64,000 nucleotides of DNA, from NCBI GenBank assembly GCA_964016885.1, contig OZ024743.1, forward strand, positions 331,762,001 through 331,826,000. The letters run 5' to 3'. Every line of letters starts with the position of its first letter. Within the stretch, counting starts at the first letter, position 1. The notes below the pieces were generated by a model, which was given only the letters and a program-made list of their open reading frames with translations, was not told the origin of the DNA and did no database searches. Below, piece by piece: positions 63,289 through 64,000 of the stretch. Origin of the DNA: Eledone cirrhosa (lineage: Eukaryota). A program made the translations under genes and the position numbers.

Positions 63289-63368
63289 GCTATTACTGGC
63301 GGTTTCGCTTTACAAAAGGTTAGAGATTCAGAGAATTTCTAACGGAAAAGTAAAGTTCATCAGATAGC
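63289..63368 (-). ncRNA. Type I hammerhead with extended stem II
   Basis: GCTAT-CTGATGA-ACTTTAC..(hairpin GTTAGAAATTC TCT GAATCTCTAAC)..GTAAAGC-GAAAC CGCCA GTA-ATAGC. Confidence 0.75.
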
Positions 63369-63551
63369 TATTTCCATACAGTAGGAACTAGTCCCACCAT
63401 CTGCAAATAATTTGCCAACTACCAGCTAGTGTGAGTGAGGCCGTTAGAATGACCCACACATGAACTGGCCACTAGAAAAAGCGGGAAATATTACAGATTC
63501 GTTAATGGCTATACTGCTAAAAAAATAGCAGTAAGCAGCAACAAATTTTTT

Positions 63552-63833
63552 TCTGAGTTCAATTCTCAGACCGGCTGATGTGTTGTTTCCTTGAGCAAGA
63601 CACTTTATTTCACATTGCTCCAGTTTACTCAGCTGTAGAAATGAGATGATAGGACTGGGGTCCCTATCATTCCACTGCAAAGTGGTCATGGCGGTGTCAC
63701 GGCAAAAAAGCACCCAGCATTCACTGTAAATGAGGTTGGTGTTAGGAAGGGCATCCAGCTGTAGAAATCAAGCCAGAATCAGTTCCCGTCCCACCCTTGC
63801 AAGCAGGGAAAAGCGGACATAAAATGATGATGA
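63552..63833 (+). mobile_element. SINE family B, 5'-truncated
   Basis: Matches 11368-11662. Confidence 0.88.
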
Positions 63834-64000
63834 CATATATATATATATATATATTTATATCAAAGTTCTTTCATCACACATCTGTGACATCAGTAATACT
63901 GGTGCTACTATTCAACTAGTTAGACCATTATTCAACAGAGTGCTCAAGTCTGTTTTGTGTTAATAGTCTGGAACTAGCTGTTGAAATGGCAAGAGCTCAG

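Overview
AT-rich, repeat-saturated metazoan DNA, most likely intronic or intergenic. The SINE/LINE repertoire and microsatellite density suggest a coleoid cephalopod such as Octopus; this is an inference from recalled repeat families and was not checked. No host protein-coding exon can be supported, and almost all ORF-track entries are artefacts of microsatellites or minisatellites. The real content is: RTE-clade LINE copies with a PHD-like finger inside the RT region, an R4/Dong-type RLE retrotransposon, an L1/Tx1 remnant, two Penelope-like GIY-YIG remnants not shown in the ORF track, a non-autonomous Helitron, piggyBac-type MITEs, three tRNA-SINE families and several minisatellites. Two features stand out. 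(1) One RTE copy (about 10.1-10.7 kb) carries roughly 40 clustered sense-strand A-to-G changes relative to two sister copies in this window, consistent with an ADAR-hyperedited RNA that was reverse-transcribed into the genome. (2) There is a dense set of hammerhead ribozyme motifs, several with long stem-II insertions, including a ~484-nt non-coding retrozyme-like unit whose 5' boundary sits at its own predicted cleavage site. All alignments, counts and folds were done by eye.
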